A stretch of 32,000 bases of DNA from an uncultured bacterium (GTDB taxonomy: Bacteria; Patescibacteriota; Gracilibacteria; UBA1369; PNNO01): NCBI GenBank assembly GCA_963704705.1, contig OY969931.1:180001-212000 (forward strand). Reading direction: 5' to 3'. Positions 6,675-14,238 of the stretch are shown here, in pieces. The notes under the pieces were generated by a model. It did not search any database. It worked only from the letters and a program-made list of their open reading frames with translations, and was not told the DNA's origin. A program made the translations under genes and the position numbers. Numbering within the stretch: position 1 is the first letter of the stretch; each line of letters opens with the position of its first letter.

Positions 6675-7178
6675 TTAGTAGTTCTGGTTGAACCACATGA
6701 GGGGCTGAGTCGTACTGATGTCGTTGAAGACGGTTTCGCCGTCCTCGGTGACCGAGTAGATGCTGGTGAGCTCCATATAGATCCACGGTCCCGTGATAGG
6801 GAAGTCCATGGTCAGAGCTTCTTCATGTTCGAGCTGGATGCCCGTGCAGTGAACGATCAGCACCCACTCACCGCGATCGTCCTCGTACATGAGGTCGCAA
6901 TTCTCAGGAATCGCCATGTCCACGTCGTCGTCCGCGACCAGGGTGAATCTGAAGATGCTGATATTCGCCGTTTCCGGGCCGATGTTCGTGACCTGGACCG
7001 CGGGCGGGTAGTCGCTGACGCTCCATGAGTCGCCTGGGTAGGTCACCTCCAGGAAGGCGCGCAGCCTGATGGAGTCGTCTCCGACCGGTTCCGCGCTACA
7101 GCCGTTGAGGGCCGATGCGATGAGCGCGACGCTGGTGATGAAGCCGAGGGTGTACATGGTTTTCGTGAAGTTCGTCAT
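6675..7178 (-). CDS. putative lipoprotein, 167 aa, acidic
   Basis: Signal peptide with lipobox-like ALNGC. GC-rich codons. AAGGACGGA lies upstream of the ATG. The internal + ORF 6825..7028 is an antisense shadow. Confidence 0.65.
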   Translation of the reverse strand: MTNFTKTMYTLGFITSVALIASALNGCSAEPVGDDSIRLRAFLEVTYPGDSWSVSDYPPAVQVTNIGPETANISIFRFTLVADDDVDMAIPENCDLMYEDDRGEWVLIVHCTGIQLEHEEALTMDFPITGPWIYMELTSIYSVTEDGETVFNDISTTQPLMWFNQNY

Positions 7179-7235
7179 GGTTTCTATCCGTCCTTTCTTT
7201 TTCTCTCAAGTTCTCTTGAGGGGTTGGTTCTTGTA

Positions 7236-7874
7236 CTAAAAGCAGTCAAAGTTGTATTCGGCCGGATCAGGTAGAGCATCTGGATCTCCCTGATATGTGG
7301 CATTGCACATGGGGTACTCGTCTTCGGCGTCAATGTAGCCATCAGCGTCGAAGTCATCAGTTCCGTCGGGTGGGAAGTCACAGCCGAAACTGTTGGGAGT
7401 ACAGGGATTGTATCCCATCATGAACTCCCAGTAGTTGCTGATACCATCGCCGTCAGTGTCCACATCCAGGTTCGCCGAGATAGGATGAATGTCCGGGCCC
7501 AGATCATCGGGGTTGCCGATGATCGTGAAGATCTCGGCTCCGCATTCGCGAAGCGGGATCTTGTTGACCCCACGGCCGTACCAGTAGATGCAGCGTTTCT
7601 GTTCGAGCTGCTGATCCTGTATACACAGGTCACTGGGCTGAAGACCTTCATCAAGGCATCTGGTCATGTTCTGGCTTGCTCTTTCCTGGCAGTAGTACGA
7701 GATCATGATCACCTCACTCCACTTGTAGCGCATTGTTTGCGTACTGAGAGGAGCCTGGCAATCGTCACCAACGCCGCTGCTCACATCATTGCAGCCATTT
7801 GACATGGCCAGGATGATGAGCACCAGAAGTCCGTAGATGGCGATGTTCTCGCTGAGAGTGGTCTTCGTCTGCAT
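7236..7874 (-). CDS. putative Cys-rich lipoprotein with thrombospondin-type-3-like DxDxDG calcium-binding repeats
   Basis: Lipobox AMSNGC. Motifs DVDTDGDGISNYWE and DFDADGYIDAEDE. At least 10 Cys. GGAGG sits 5 nt before the ATG. Confidence 0.7.
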   Translation of the reverse strand: MQTKTTLSENIAIYGLLVLIILAMSNGCNDVSSGVGDDCQAPLSTQTMRYKWSEVIMISYYCQERASQNMTRCLDEGLQPSDLCIQDQQLEQKRCIYWYGRGVNKIPLRECGAEIFTIIGNPDDLGPDIHPISANLDVDTDGDGISNYWEFMMGYNPCTPNSFGCDFPPDGTDDFDADGYIDAEDEYPMCNATYQGDPDALPDPAEYNFDCF

Positions 7875-7970
7875 TCTGTCCTCCGTTTTTTCTTTTGCGC
7901 TTCCTAAGCGCTTGAAGTTGTTGCTGGTTTGCTACAGAAGCAAGCGCTACAAATTTTATTTATAAAGCAT

Positions 7971-8005
7971 GCTCCTGCAACAAACAGTTATTTCCGCCAG
8001 CTAAT
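7971..8005 (-). repeat. hairpin motif copy C (degenerate, inverted orientation)
   Basis: Minus strand ATTAGCTGGCGGAAATAACTGTTTGTTGCAGGAGC aligns with GCTAGCTGACGGGAAAGATGCTAGCAACCTGTAGGAGC at 6108-6145. The 3' stem arm has decayed. Confidence 0.45.
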
Positions 8006-8116
8006 TGTCAATAGAGCAGAAGCAAACATACTTAAAAAGTCATTCACTTCAATCATACTCAAGAACAACAATTATGACAAAAAGTTGCGGTTTTGTCAAG
8101 TTGATATAAATCTATT

Positions 8117-9163
8117 TTATCCAAATGTGAATGTATAAACTTTTAATCCCGGCTTATCTCCTGAAAATTCCAAAGTGTATTGGCCGTATCCTTCAGGATT
8201 ATCAATAAGTGTATATAATTTTTCATCATTTACTGTAAAGCTGTTTATTTCTTTGCCATCTCTTAAAACTTTTACTTTAACATCTGAATCAGAGCTTGCT
8301 ACAAAATAAACTTTTGAAGCCTTATATTTAAATACAACCTTACTATCGGCATTTAAGCTTTCTGCATATTCGGGTGTAATATTCCAATCGCCAACCAAAT
8401 ATGCCTGGTTAAATAATGGGTTTGTCGGTGCTTCTTCTACTTGTTTTAAATTGTTTCTTAAAGATCCAAAATAAGTTTCCGGACTTAAAGGTCCTGATTT
8501 ATCAGCAACTTCCGCATTTGGATTAACAAAGCCTGTACTTATCTCAACATTTTCTCCTAATTTTTCAGCTCTCTCTTTTAGAAGTTCCTGAATTTTAGAT
8601 TCAGCTTCTTGATATGCACCTTCTCCAATATGGTCGTAAACAATATAGCCATCAATATCAATTAAATATTTGCGAGGCCAATAACGATTACCATAAGCCC
8701 TCCAGGTGCCATAATCATTATCAAGAACAAGTGGAAATTTCAAACCAAATCTCTCAGCAGCTGCCATAACATTTTTTATATCTTTTTCGAAATCAAATTC
8801 AGGTGTGTGTATGCCGATTATTTGCAATCCCTGATCTTTATATTTATCCCACCACGCATTCAAATATGGATATGTTCGTTGGCAATTAATGCAGCTATAA
8901 GTCATAAAATCGAGCAAAATAACTTTTTTACCTATAAAATCTTCAATTTTTATAGGATCGCTGTTTACAAAACCTGCAGGTCGTACAATTTCTTTGGCTT
9001 TTTCATACATCATATCTTTTTCAACACTGCTATCCACATTTTCTATTGATGCTTCCTGAACAATTGTAGAAGTTGAAATTCGTCCCGATTCCATATAGAC
9101 AATTGTTGCAATAATAATTATTAAAATTGCTGCCAATAAGGCATATCTTGTTTTGTTAGACAT
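8117..9163 (-). CDS. membrane-anchored thioredoxin-fold (redoxin/DipZ C-terminal-like) protein with an extra C-terminal beta-rich domain
   Basis: 348 aa. N-terminal TM, CINC redox motif within an AhpC/TSA-redoxin-like block (IIGIHTPEFDFEKD...YWPRKYLID). Overlaps the upstream ccdA by 1 nt. Confidence 0.7.
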   Translation of the reverse strand: MSNKTRYALLAAILIIIIATIVYMESGRISTSTIVQEASIENVDSSVEKDMMYEKAKEIVRPAGFVNSDPIKIEDFIGKKVILLDFMTYSCINCQRTYPYLNAWWDKYKDQGLQIIGIHTPEFDFEKDIKNVMAAAERFGLKFPLVLDNDYGTWRAYGNRYWPRKYLIDIDGYIVYDHIGEGAYQEAESKIQELLKERAEKLGENVEISTGFVNPNAEVADKSGPLSPETYFGSLRNNLKQVEEAPTNPLFNQAYLVGDWNITPEYAESLNADSKVVFKYKASKVYFVASSDSDVKVKVLRDGKEINSFTVNDEKLYTLIDNPEGYGQYTLEFSGDKPGLKVYTFTFG

Positions 9164-9870
9164 TACATAAATTGGTTAATTAGAAATTCGAGGTTGGCAA
9201 TTGAACTTAATTTTTGAGTAAATGCCAATATACCCAAAATTATTAAAAATATTCCGAATACAACTCGGAAAACTAAAAAAGCTTTAACGTGTTTATGCAA
9301 AAATGCTGAAGCCTGGGCAGTGAATAATCCGATTATTAAAAATGGCAATCCGAGTCCGAGTGCATAAAATAATAAAAGAAAAAACGCCGCTCCCGGCTGA
9401 CTTGCCGCCAATCCAAGAATCGCACCTAATATTACGCCTACACATGGCGACCATCCAGCAGCAAAAGCAAATCCAAATAAAAATGAAGTTAAGTATTTTG
9501 ATTTGAATTTATGCTTAACTTCCATCTTATGTTCAGTTTCAAGCGCTTTAATTTTTATCAGACCAGTTAAATAAAGTCCAAAAAAGATTATAATTACTCC
9601 GCCGATTCTGGCCAACCAAAGCTGTGCATCATATGCAAATGCTACCAATAATGTATTTAAAAGCACTCCGAGTAATGCAAAAACAATTGAAAATCCAAGA
9701 ACAAAAAACACTGCATTCAAAAATACTTCCAAACGTTTATTTTTTGCTTCAGCAATTGAGGTGCCAGCCAGATAAGCTAAAAACCCCGGCATCAAAGGAA
9801 ATACACAAGGCGATAAAAATGAAATTAATCCTGCAAATAGTGCAACCCAGATTGAAATGTCTGATCCCAT
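9163..9870 (-). CDS. ccdA: cytochrome c biogenesis/DsbD-family thiol-disulfide transporter CcdA
   Basis: 235 aa polytopic membrane protein. Conserved Cys residues lie in the first TM (SPCVFPLMPG) and a later TM (WSPCVG). Confidence 0.75.
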   Translation of the reverse strand: MGSDISIWVALFAGLISFLSPCVFPLMPGFLAYLAGTSIAEAKNKRLEVFLNAVFFVLGFSIVFALLGVLLNTLLVAFAYDAQLWLARIGGVIIIFFGLYLTGLIKIKALETEHKMEVKHKFKSKYLTSFLFGFAFAAGWSPCVGVILGAILGLAASQPGAAFFLLLFYALGLGLPFLIIGLFTAQASAFLHKHVKAFLVFRVVFGIFLIILGILAFTQKLSSIANLEFLINQFM

Positions 9871-9899
9871 TTATAGAGAGGTTATATAGTTATGTTTTA

Positions 9900-10445
9900 T
9901 TATAACATAATTATATCGTTTAGTAATTTTTCAAATTCTGTATAGCCTGAAGATTTATTTATATGGCCTGCATTTGGAATCAAATTAACTTCGACATTTA
10001 ATTTATCAGCTAGCTTTTGGGCTTTTTCAAGCTTTATATATGGGTCGTTATCTGAATGATAGACATAGAATTTTTTGCAATTTTTGCGGATTTTTTGCCA
10101 ATCAAATTTTCGCTGCGCAAATGTAACCATTCCCGGATCAAATTCATTTCCGGCAATTCCATAGAATCCGGCAATCAAAAAAGCTGCTTTAACTCTGTAC
10201 TTTTCGATAACATTTAATGTAAAAGGCACGCCTAAACTGTGACCTATTAAAATAGTATCATCGTTTAAAAACTCATTATAATTTTCAAGAACTTTTAGCC
10301 AGTTTTTAAGAGTCTGATTTTCAGGAGTTGGAAATTGAGGAATAATCACATTATATTCGCGGCTTGAGAGCTCTTTTTTAAGCCACGGGAACCAGTTTTC
10401 TTGAGGATTACCACCTACACCATGAAAAATAAAAACATTTTGCAT
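9900..10445 (-). CDS. YdeN/RBBP9-family serine hydrolase (alpha/beta fold)
   Basis: 181 aa. FHGVGGNPQENWFPWL at the N-terminus, GHSLG nucleophile elbow, C-terminal GHIN. Confidence 0.65.
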   Translation of the reverse strand: MQNVFIFHGVGGNPQENWFPWLKKELSSREYNVIIPQFPTPENQTLKNWLKVLENYNEFLNDDTILIGHSLGVPFTLNVIEKYRVKAAFLIAGFYGIAGNEFDPGMVTFAQRKFDWQKIRKNCKKFYVYHSDNDPYIKLEKAQKLADKLNVEVNLIPNAGHINKSSGYTEFEKLLNDIIML

Positions 10446-10448
10446 AAT

Positions 10449-10979
10449 TTAAGTCTTATCCATAAATACACGGCTTCCAACAGACTTTTCCTGCCCCTGA
10501 TATTTACCTCGATATGGATTTTCAGCTGCTTGGTCCATCTTTGCAAAAACAAGCTGGCAAATTCTGCGACCTTTTTGCAATTTAATTGGCAAAGAATTTG
10601 CATTATAAAGCTCTAAAGTGATTCTACCTTCGAATCCCGGATCAACCCATCCTGCATTTTGAATAAAAAGTCCGATTCGCCCAATTGAACTTCGACCTTC
10701 TACAAAAGCTGTCAAATCGTTTGGTAATTTAACGTATTCGGCAATCGTTGCGAGTAAAAAAGTATGTGGTGGTATTGTTATACTATCCCCCTGGATTTCA
10801 CGGTATTTGATCTCGCTGTCCAATGTAAGAATATCCATGTGGGTATCCTCGATAAGCAAATAGTGATCGCCAAGTCTGCAATCAATTGAAGCAGGCTGAA
10901 TTGATTCTTCGGTGATAGGGTCGACCACCAAAGACCCGTCAGCAAGCATAGCTTTTAAGGTTTTGTCAGATAAAATCAT
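10449..10979 (-). CDS. dcd: dCTP deaminase
   Basis: 176 aa. MILSDKTLK... N-terminus, dUTPase-fold motifs (GRSSIGRIG, GWVDPGFEG). Confidence 0.88.
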   Translation of the reverse strand: MILSDKTLKAMLADGSLVVDPITEESIQPASIDCRLGDHYLLIEDTHMDILTLDSEIKYREIQGDSITIPPHTFLLATIAEYVKLPNDLTAFVEGRSSIGRIGLFIQNAGWVDPGFEGRITLELYNANSLPIKLQKGRRICQLVFAKMDQAAENPYRGKYQGQEKSVGSRVFMDKT

Positions 10980-11110
10980 TATTCTTTTTCGTTAGGTTCA
11001 ATAAGTTCCATTTCGGTTTCACAGCATTTTAGCTGCCCTCCGCCAACTTTAACAATTTTAACTTCATTACCGCAAATGTTGCATTTATAAATTTGGTCTA
11101 GTTCAATCAT
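10979..11110 (-). CDS. desulforedoxin-type small iron protein (43 aa), absent from the ORF track
   Basis: Hand translation: MIELDQIYKCNICGNEVKIVKVGGGQLKCCETEMELIEPNEKE. C-x2-C-x15-CC spacing matches the desulforedoxin Fe(Cys)4 site. The TAA stop overlaps the dcd ATG (TAATG). Confidence 0.65.
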   Translation of the reverse strand: MIELDQIYKCNICGNEVKIVKVGGGQLKCCETEMELIEPNEKE

Positions 11111-11157
11111 GATTCGATTTTAACATCCGCAGGCTCTCTTTGTCGACTTTTTGGAGC

Positions 11158-11397
11158 TTATTTAAAATTGAGGATTCTTAATATACGATATTTAATTGAT
11201 CCCTTTGGTCCATTAATGCGCGTTATTTCGCATTCAAGCGGATATGCTAATTTGTCAACAAATGGATTATCAGCGCCTTTAATTGAATTTAATTCTATTT
11301 TTTTCCCTTGCCATTCAGTGTATAAACTCCCCTCGGGGATTTTCTCGTCGTCCTCAGCGAATCTTCCATGGCAAATTGAAACTCTGTTTTTTACCAT
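11158..11397 (-). CDS. hypothetical protein, 79 aa
   Basis: Its orientation matches the neighbouring genes. The mirror + ORF 11168..11410 is Ser/Leu/Phe-rich and looks like a shadow. No family recognised. Confidence 0.4.
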   Translation of the reverse strand: MVKNRVSICHGRFAEDDEKIPEGSLYTEWQGKKIELNSIKGADNPFVDKLAYPLECEITRINGPKGSIKYRILRILNFK

Positions 11398-11479
11398 TTC
11401 ATTATTTTAATTATGTTTTTATCGAGATATTTTAAAGCTTGGCAATTATAAACATTTTTATTTCAATATCAAGTTGAGT

Positions 11480-12115
11480 TTATTCAGCTGTGCTTACTTT
11501 ACGGTAAACTGTCAATTTGAGTTCATCTATTATTAAAGTTCTAAATAAAATTTCGAATGCCCCGCCACGTGTCATTTCACGTTCAGGATTAAAAAGCGTA
11601 CCATCTTCAGGTATTAAATTATGCTCATAGCCAACTTTTACATAAGGAGCATACCAAGAAGTTGTGGGAACATCTTCATAAGGAATAAATCCTGTATCAT
11701 TTGGAATATTATAATCCTGCGATTCTAAAATTAATTTTAAAACTTCAGCTCTTACTATTGTTTGAGCTGGTTTGAAATTGCCATCAGCGTATCCTTTCGC
11801 CCAGCCATGTTCTTTTGCGTAGCAAACATAAGGAGCATACCAATCATCAATAACATCATCAAAACAATTATTATAATCAGAAGCATCAGGTGTTATGCCA
11901 TTGCCTTCAACCAAAATTTTTGTAAGTTCTGCTCGATTTATATTGTCCAAAACCCTTATCGTACCGTCCGGATAGCCTTCGATTACACCCTTATCAGATA
12001 AATACTGAATAGCGTCATTATTTGTTTCAGGCATATCAGAAAATGCTAAGAGAGGCATAGAGTTGGAAATAAATACAGCCACTGTAAGAAGTATAAGACT
12101 AATTATTTTTTTCAT
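11480..12115 (-). CDS. secreted S-layer-homology (SLH) domain protein
   Basis: Signal peptide, then three SLH-like repeats (GVIEGYPDGT..., WYAPYV motifs). Confidence 0.75.
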   Translation of the reverse strand: MKKIISLILLTVAVFISNSMPLLAFSDMPETNNDAIQYLSDKGVIEGYPDGTIRVLDNINRAELTKILVEGNGITPDASDYNNCFDDVIDDWYAPYVCYAKEHGWAKGYADGNFKPAQTIVRAEVLKLILESQDYNIPNDTGFIPYEDVPTTSWYAPYVKVGYEHNLIPEDGTLFNPEREMTRGGAFEILFRTLIIDELKLTVYRKVSTAE

Positions 12116-12133
12116 TTTGTATAAGATTATTTA

Positions 12134-12637
12134 TTATTGGCGAGAATATTTCCCCATAAGTTCAGCTTCTTCTAAAACGTGTTCTTTCATGGCAGATCCA
12201 AGCATTTCTTTGTTAGAGTCTGGTTTAAGATTAAGCTCTTCATCCAAAGCATACAATTTAAAATAATATCTGTGAATACCTGAAGGCGGACAAGGTCCTC
12301 CATAACCGGTTGTACCAAAGCTTGTAGTGCCTACAATTCCGTTTGGAATTGATCCTTCAGAAATTTCCTGAGTTGATACCGAAATATTCCAAATTATCCA
12401 ATGTACCCAGTCGCCAGACGGGGCATCAGGATCATCTACAATTAAAGCCAGTGACTTTGCACCTTCCGGCACTTCAGAAATATTTAAAGGCGGATTAACA
12501 TTTGCTCCGTCACATGTGTATTTTGATGGAATGTTGCCATTATTTTCAAAAGCTGATGAAGTGATTTTCATAAGTGATGAGTTAGTTGTGCATGCGGTTA
12601 ATAATAAAACCGCTAAAATTGCAGCAAATTTTTTCAT
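12134..12637 (-). CDS. YbhB/YbcL (PEBP/Raf-kinase-inhibitor-like) family lipoprotein
   Basis: Lipobox LLTAC. YTCDG...NPPL and DPDAP...WVHW motifs, GPCPP...HRY. Confidence 0.75.
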   Translation of the reverse strand: MKKFAAILAVLLLTACTTNSSLMKITSSAFENNGNIPSKYTCDGANVNPPLNISEVPEGAKSLALIVDDPDAPSGDWVHWIIWNISVSTQEISEGSIPNGIVGTTSFGTTGYGGPCPPSGIHRYYFKLYALDEELNLKPDSNKEMLGSAMKEHVLEEAELMGKYSRQ

Positions 12638-13296
12638 TATTGAAAAAAGTAAATTAATAAATTGTGATGATTCATTAAGTGTTTAGCCGGAAAAGAATCA
12701 GCATCAATCGAATTGTCATTTAATTTTTGAATGGTTTCCCATTTTTCAGAACCCCTAACCAAAACCAATAATTTTTCACTTTGCATAATTAAAGGCAAAG
12801 TCATTGTAAGTCTGTCTTTTATATCATGAACATCGGTTTTAGTATGCATAACCAATTGTTTTTTTTCTGATATAGCAGGGGAGTTTGGGAATATTGATGC
12901 AAAATGGCCATCAATACCTATTCCAAGAATACATAAATTCAAAGGGCCTTTTAAAAATTCATCTAACTTTTCTTCATAATCAGCCACACATTCTTTTATA
13001 GGCATTGATGTATCGAAAGAATGCAAATGAGCTTTTGGCATGCTTTCCGCGATTAATTTATAGTTGGATTTGGGATCAGTTGCCGGAACATATCTCTCAT
13101 CCACCATAAAAAATTGAACTTTTTTAAAATCATAAACATCGCATTTAGCCAAAGCCTTATAAACAGGGCCAGGTGTAGAACCGCCGCTTAAAGCAACTTT
13201 TGCGCCCTCGAAATTACTGCAGCTCTCAATGTAATCTGCGCTGACAGTTATAAATTCCTCTTCGTTAGTAAAGATTTTAAGTTCCATGTAATGCAA
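12637..13296 (-). CDS. pgl: 6-phosphogluconolactonase
   Basis: 219 aa. Has LSGGSTP and MVDERYV motifs of the NagB/Pgl family. The neighbourhood contains zwf and gnd. Confidence 0.75.
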   Translation of the reverse strand: MHYMELKIFTNEEEFITVSADYIESCSNFEGAKVALSGGSTPGPVYKALAKCDVYDFKKVQFFMVDERYVPATDPKSNYKLIAESMPKAHLHSFDTSMPIKECVADYEEKLDEFLKGPLNLCILGIGIDGHFASIFPNSPAISEKKQLVMHTKTDVHDIKDRLTMTLPLIMQSEKLLVLVRGSEKWETIQKLNDNSIDADSFPAKHLMNHHNLLIYFFQ

Positions 13297-13383
13297 TTAT
13301 ATCATAATTACCACATCTGCTCTTGACAAAATTAAATTATTATTATAAAGTTATATCTATTTTGAAATTAACCTTTTAATAAA

Positions 13384-14238
13384 ATGACTCAATTAGATTC
13401 TCAAAGCGAAAATCCAAAACAAATTCCCCAATATCTTCTACCTTATGAAAATTTAGATAAAGTACATAAAGCCAGTATCGAATTAGCTGCCAGAATGATT
13501 GAAATTCTAAAAGCCGAGGCTTCTGAATTTTATGAATCTCAAAAAAGCATAATTGATAAAGATGGAGATACTCATTACAGAATTACATATATGATCGCTT
13601 GGACTGGTCGATTCCCGGAAGTAAAAGCTAAACTCGTAAGGCTTTATATGGATTTTGCAAAACAATATTATCAACCTCAACAAAAACATGAAAGAATGGT
13701 TAATATACTTGCTTATTCAAGAGCTGCCAATTTAGATTTGCCGGAATATGATGAAAAATTTGTTGAAGAACAATATCAGGCAGCTAAGAATGAGAATGAT
13801 TTACTTCAGGCATGGGATATTGCAAAATTGATCAAAAATGACAAAGGCAAAATGCTCAAAAATGCCGATGAAATCTCAGACGAAAAATGGACTGCTCAGG
13901 AAGCAGAAGATTTTAAAGCACTGGTTGAAGAATTAATTGATTTAGAACCGGAAGATGTAAATCAAAGAGGTTTACTACATTGGAAAATTGAGCCTATGAT
14001 TGATTGGCTTAGATTACGAGGAGGAATGGATGATTTAAAAATGAAACTTTGTAGAAAATTAAACCAGTTGGATCTTGAGTTTTATGGTTTATACAGAGCA
14101 TTAAAAAATGCAGAACGTGCAGATATGCCGGCTGAATATATTAAAAAATTAAAAGAAACCCACGGAACTCCAACTAAAGTTGTCGGGTTATGGCGAAAAG
14201 TAAAAAATGTTCTTAAAGGTTCTCAAGAAAGCAATTAG
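13384..14238 (+). CDS. hypothetical protein, 284 aa, charged and helical
   Basis: Clean ORF and the only plus-strand gene between about 8.1 kb and 27 kb. Its 3' end overlaps the zwf stop by 4 nt. No family recognised. Confidence 0.55.
   Translation: MTQLDSQSENPKQIPQYLLPYENLDKVHKASIELAARMIEILKAEASEFYESQKSIIDKDGDTHYRITYMIAWTGRFPEVKAKLVRLYMDFAKQYYQPQQKHERMVNILAYSRAANLDLPEYDEKFVEEQYQAAKNENDLLQAWDIAKLIKNDKGKMLKNADEISDEKWTAQEAEDFKALVEELIDLEPEDVNQRGLLHWKIEPMIDWLRLRGGMDDLKMKLCRKLNQLDLEFYGLYRALKNAERADMPAEYIKKLKETHGTPTKVVGLWRKVKNVLKGSQESN

Larger units (their letters stand above)
6100..8010. other. GC-rich, SD-using island of probable foreign origin, bounded by inverted copies of a ~40-nt motif
   Basis: Hand counts: 6681-6740 = 32/60 GC and 7441-7500 = 35/60 GC, against 19/60 at 8161-8220. 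GGAGG lies 5 nt before the ATG at 7874. Motif copies sit at 6107-6157 (+) and 7971-8005 (-). Confidence 0.6.

Noticed and set aside
6825-7802. ORFs 6825..7028 +, 7184..7381 -, 7418..7654 - and 7485..7802 + inside the island genes.
   Set aside because: These are alternative or antisense frames that stay open only because of the high local GC. The lipoprotein frames have signal peptides, SD sites and recognisable motifs.
7929-8138. 69-aa plus-strand ORF at the right island border.
   Set aside because: It starts with a non-ATG codon (TTG), has no SD or promoter, has low-complexity AT-rich sequence, and runs into the 3' end of the Trx-like gene.
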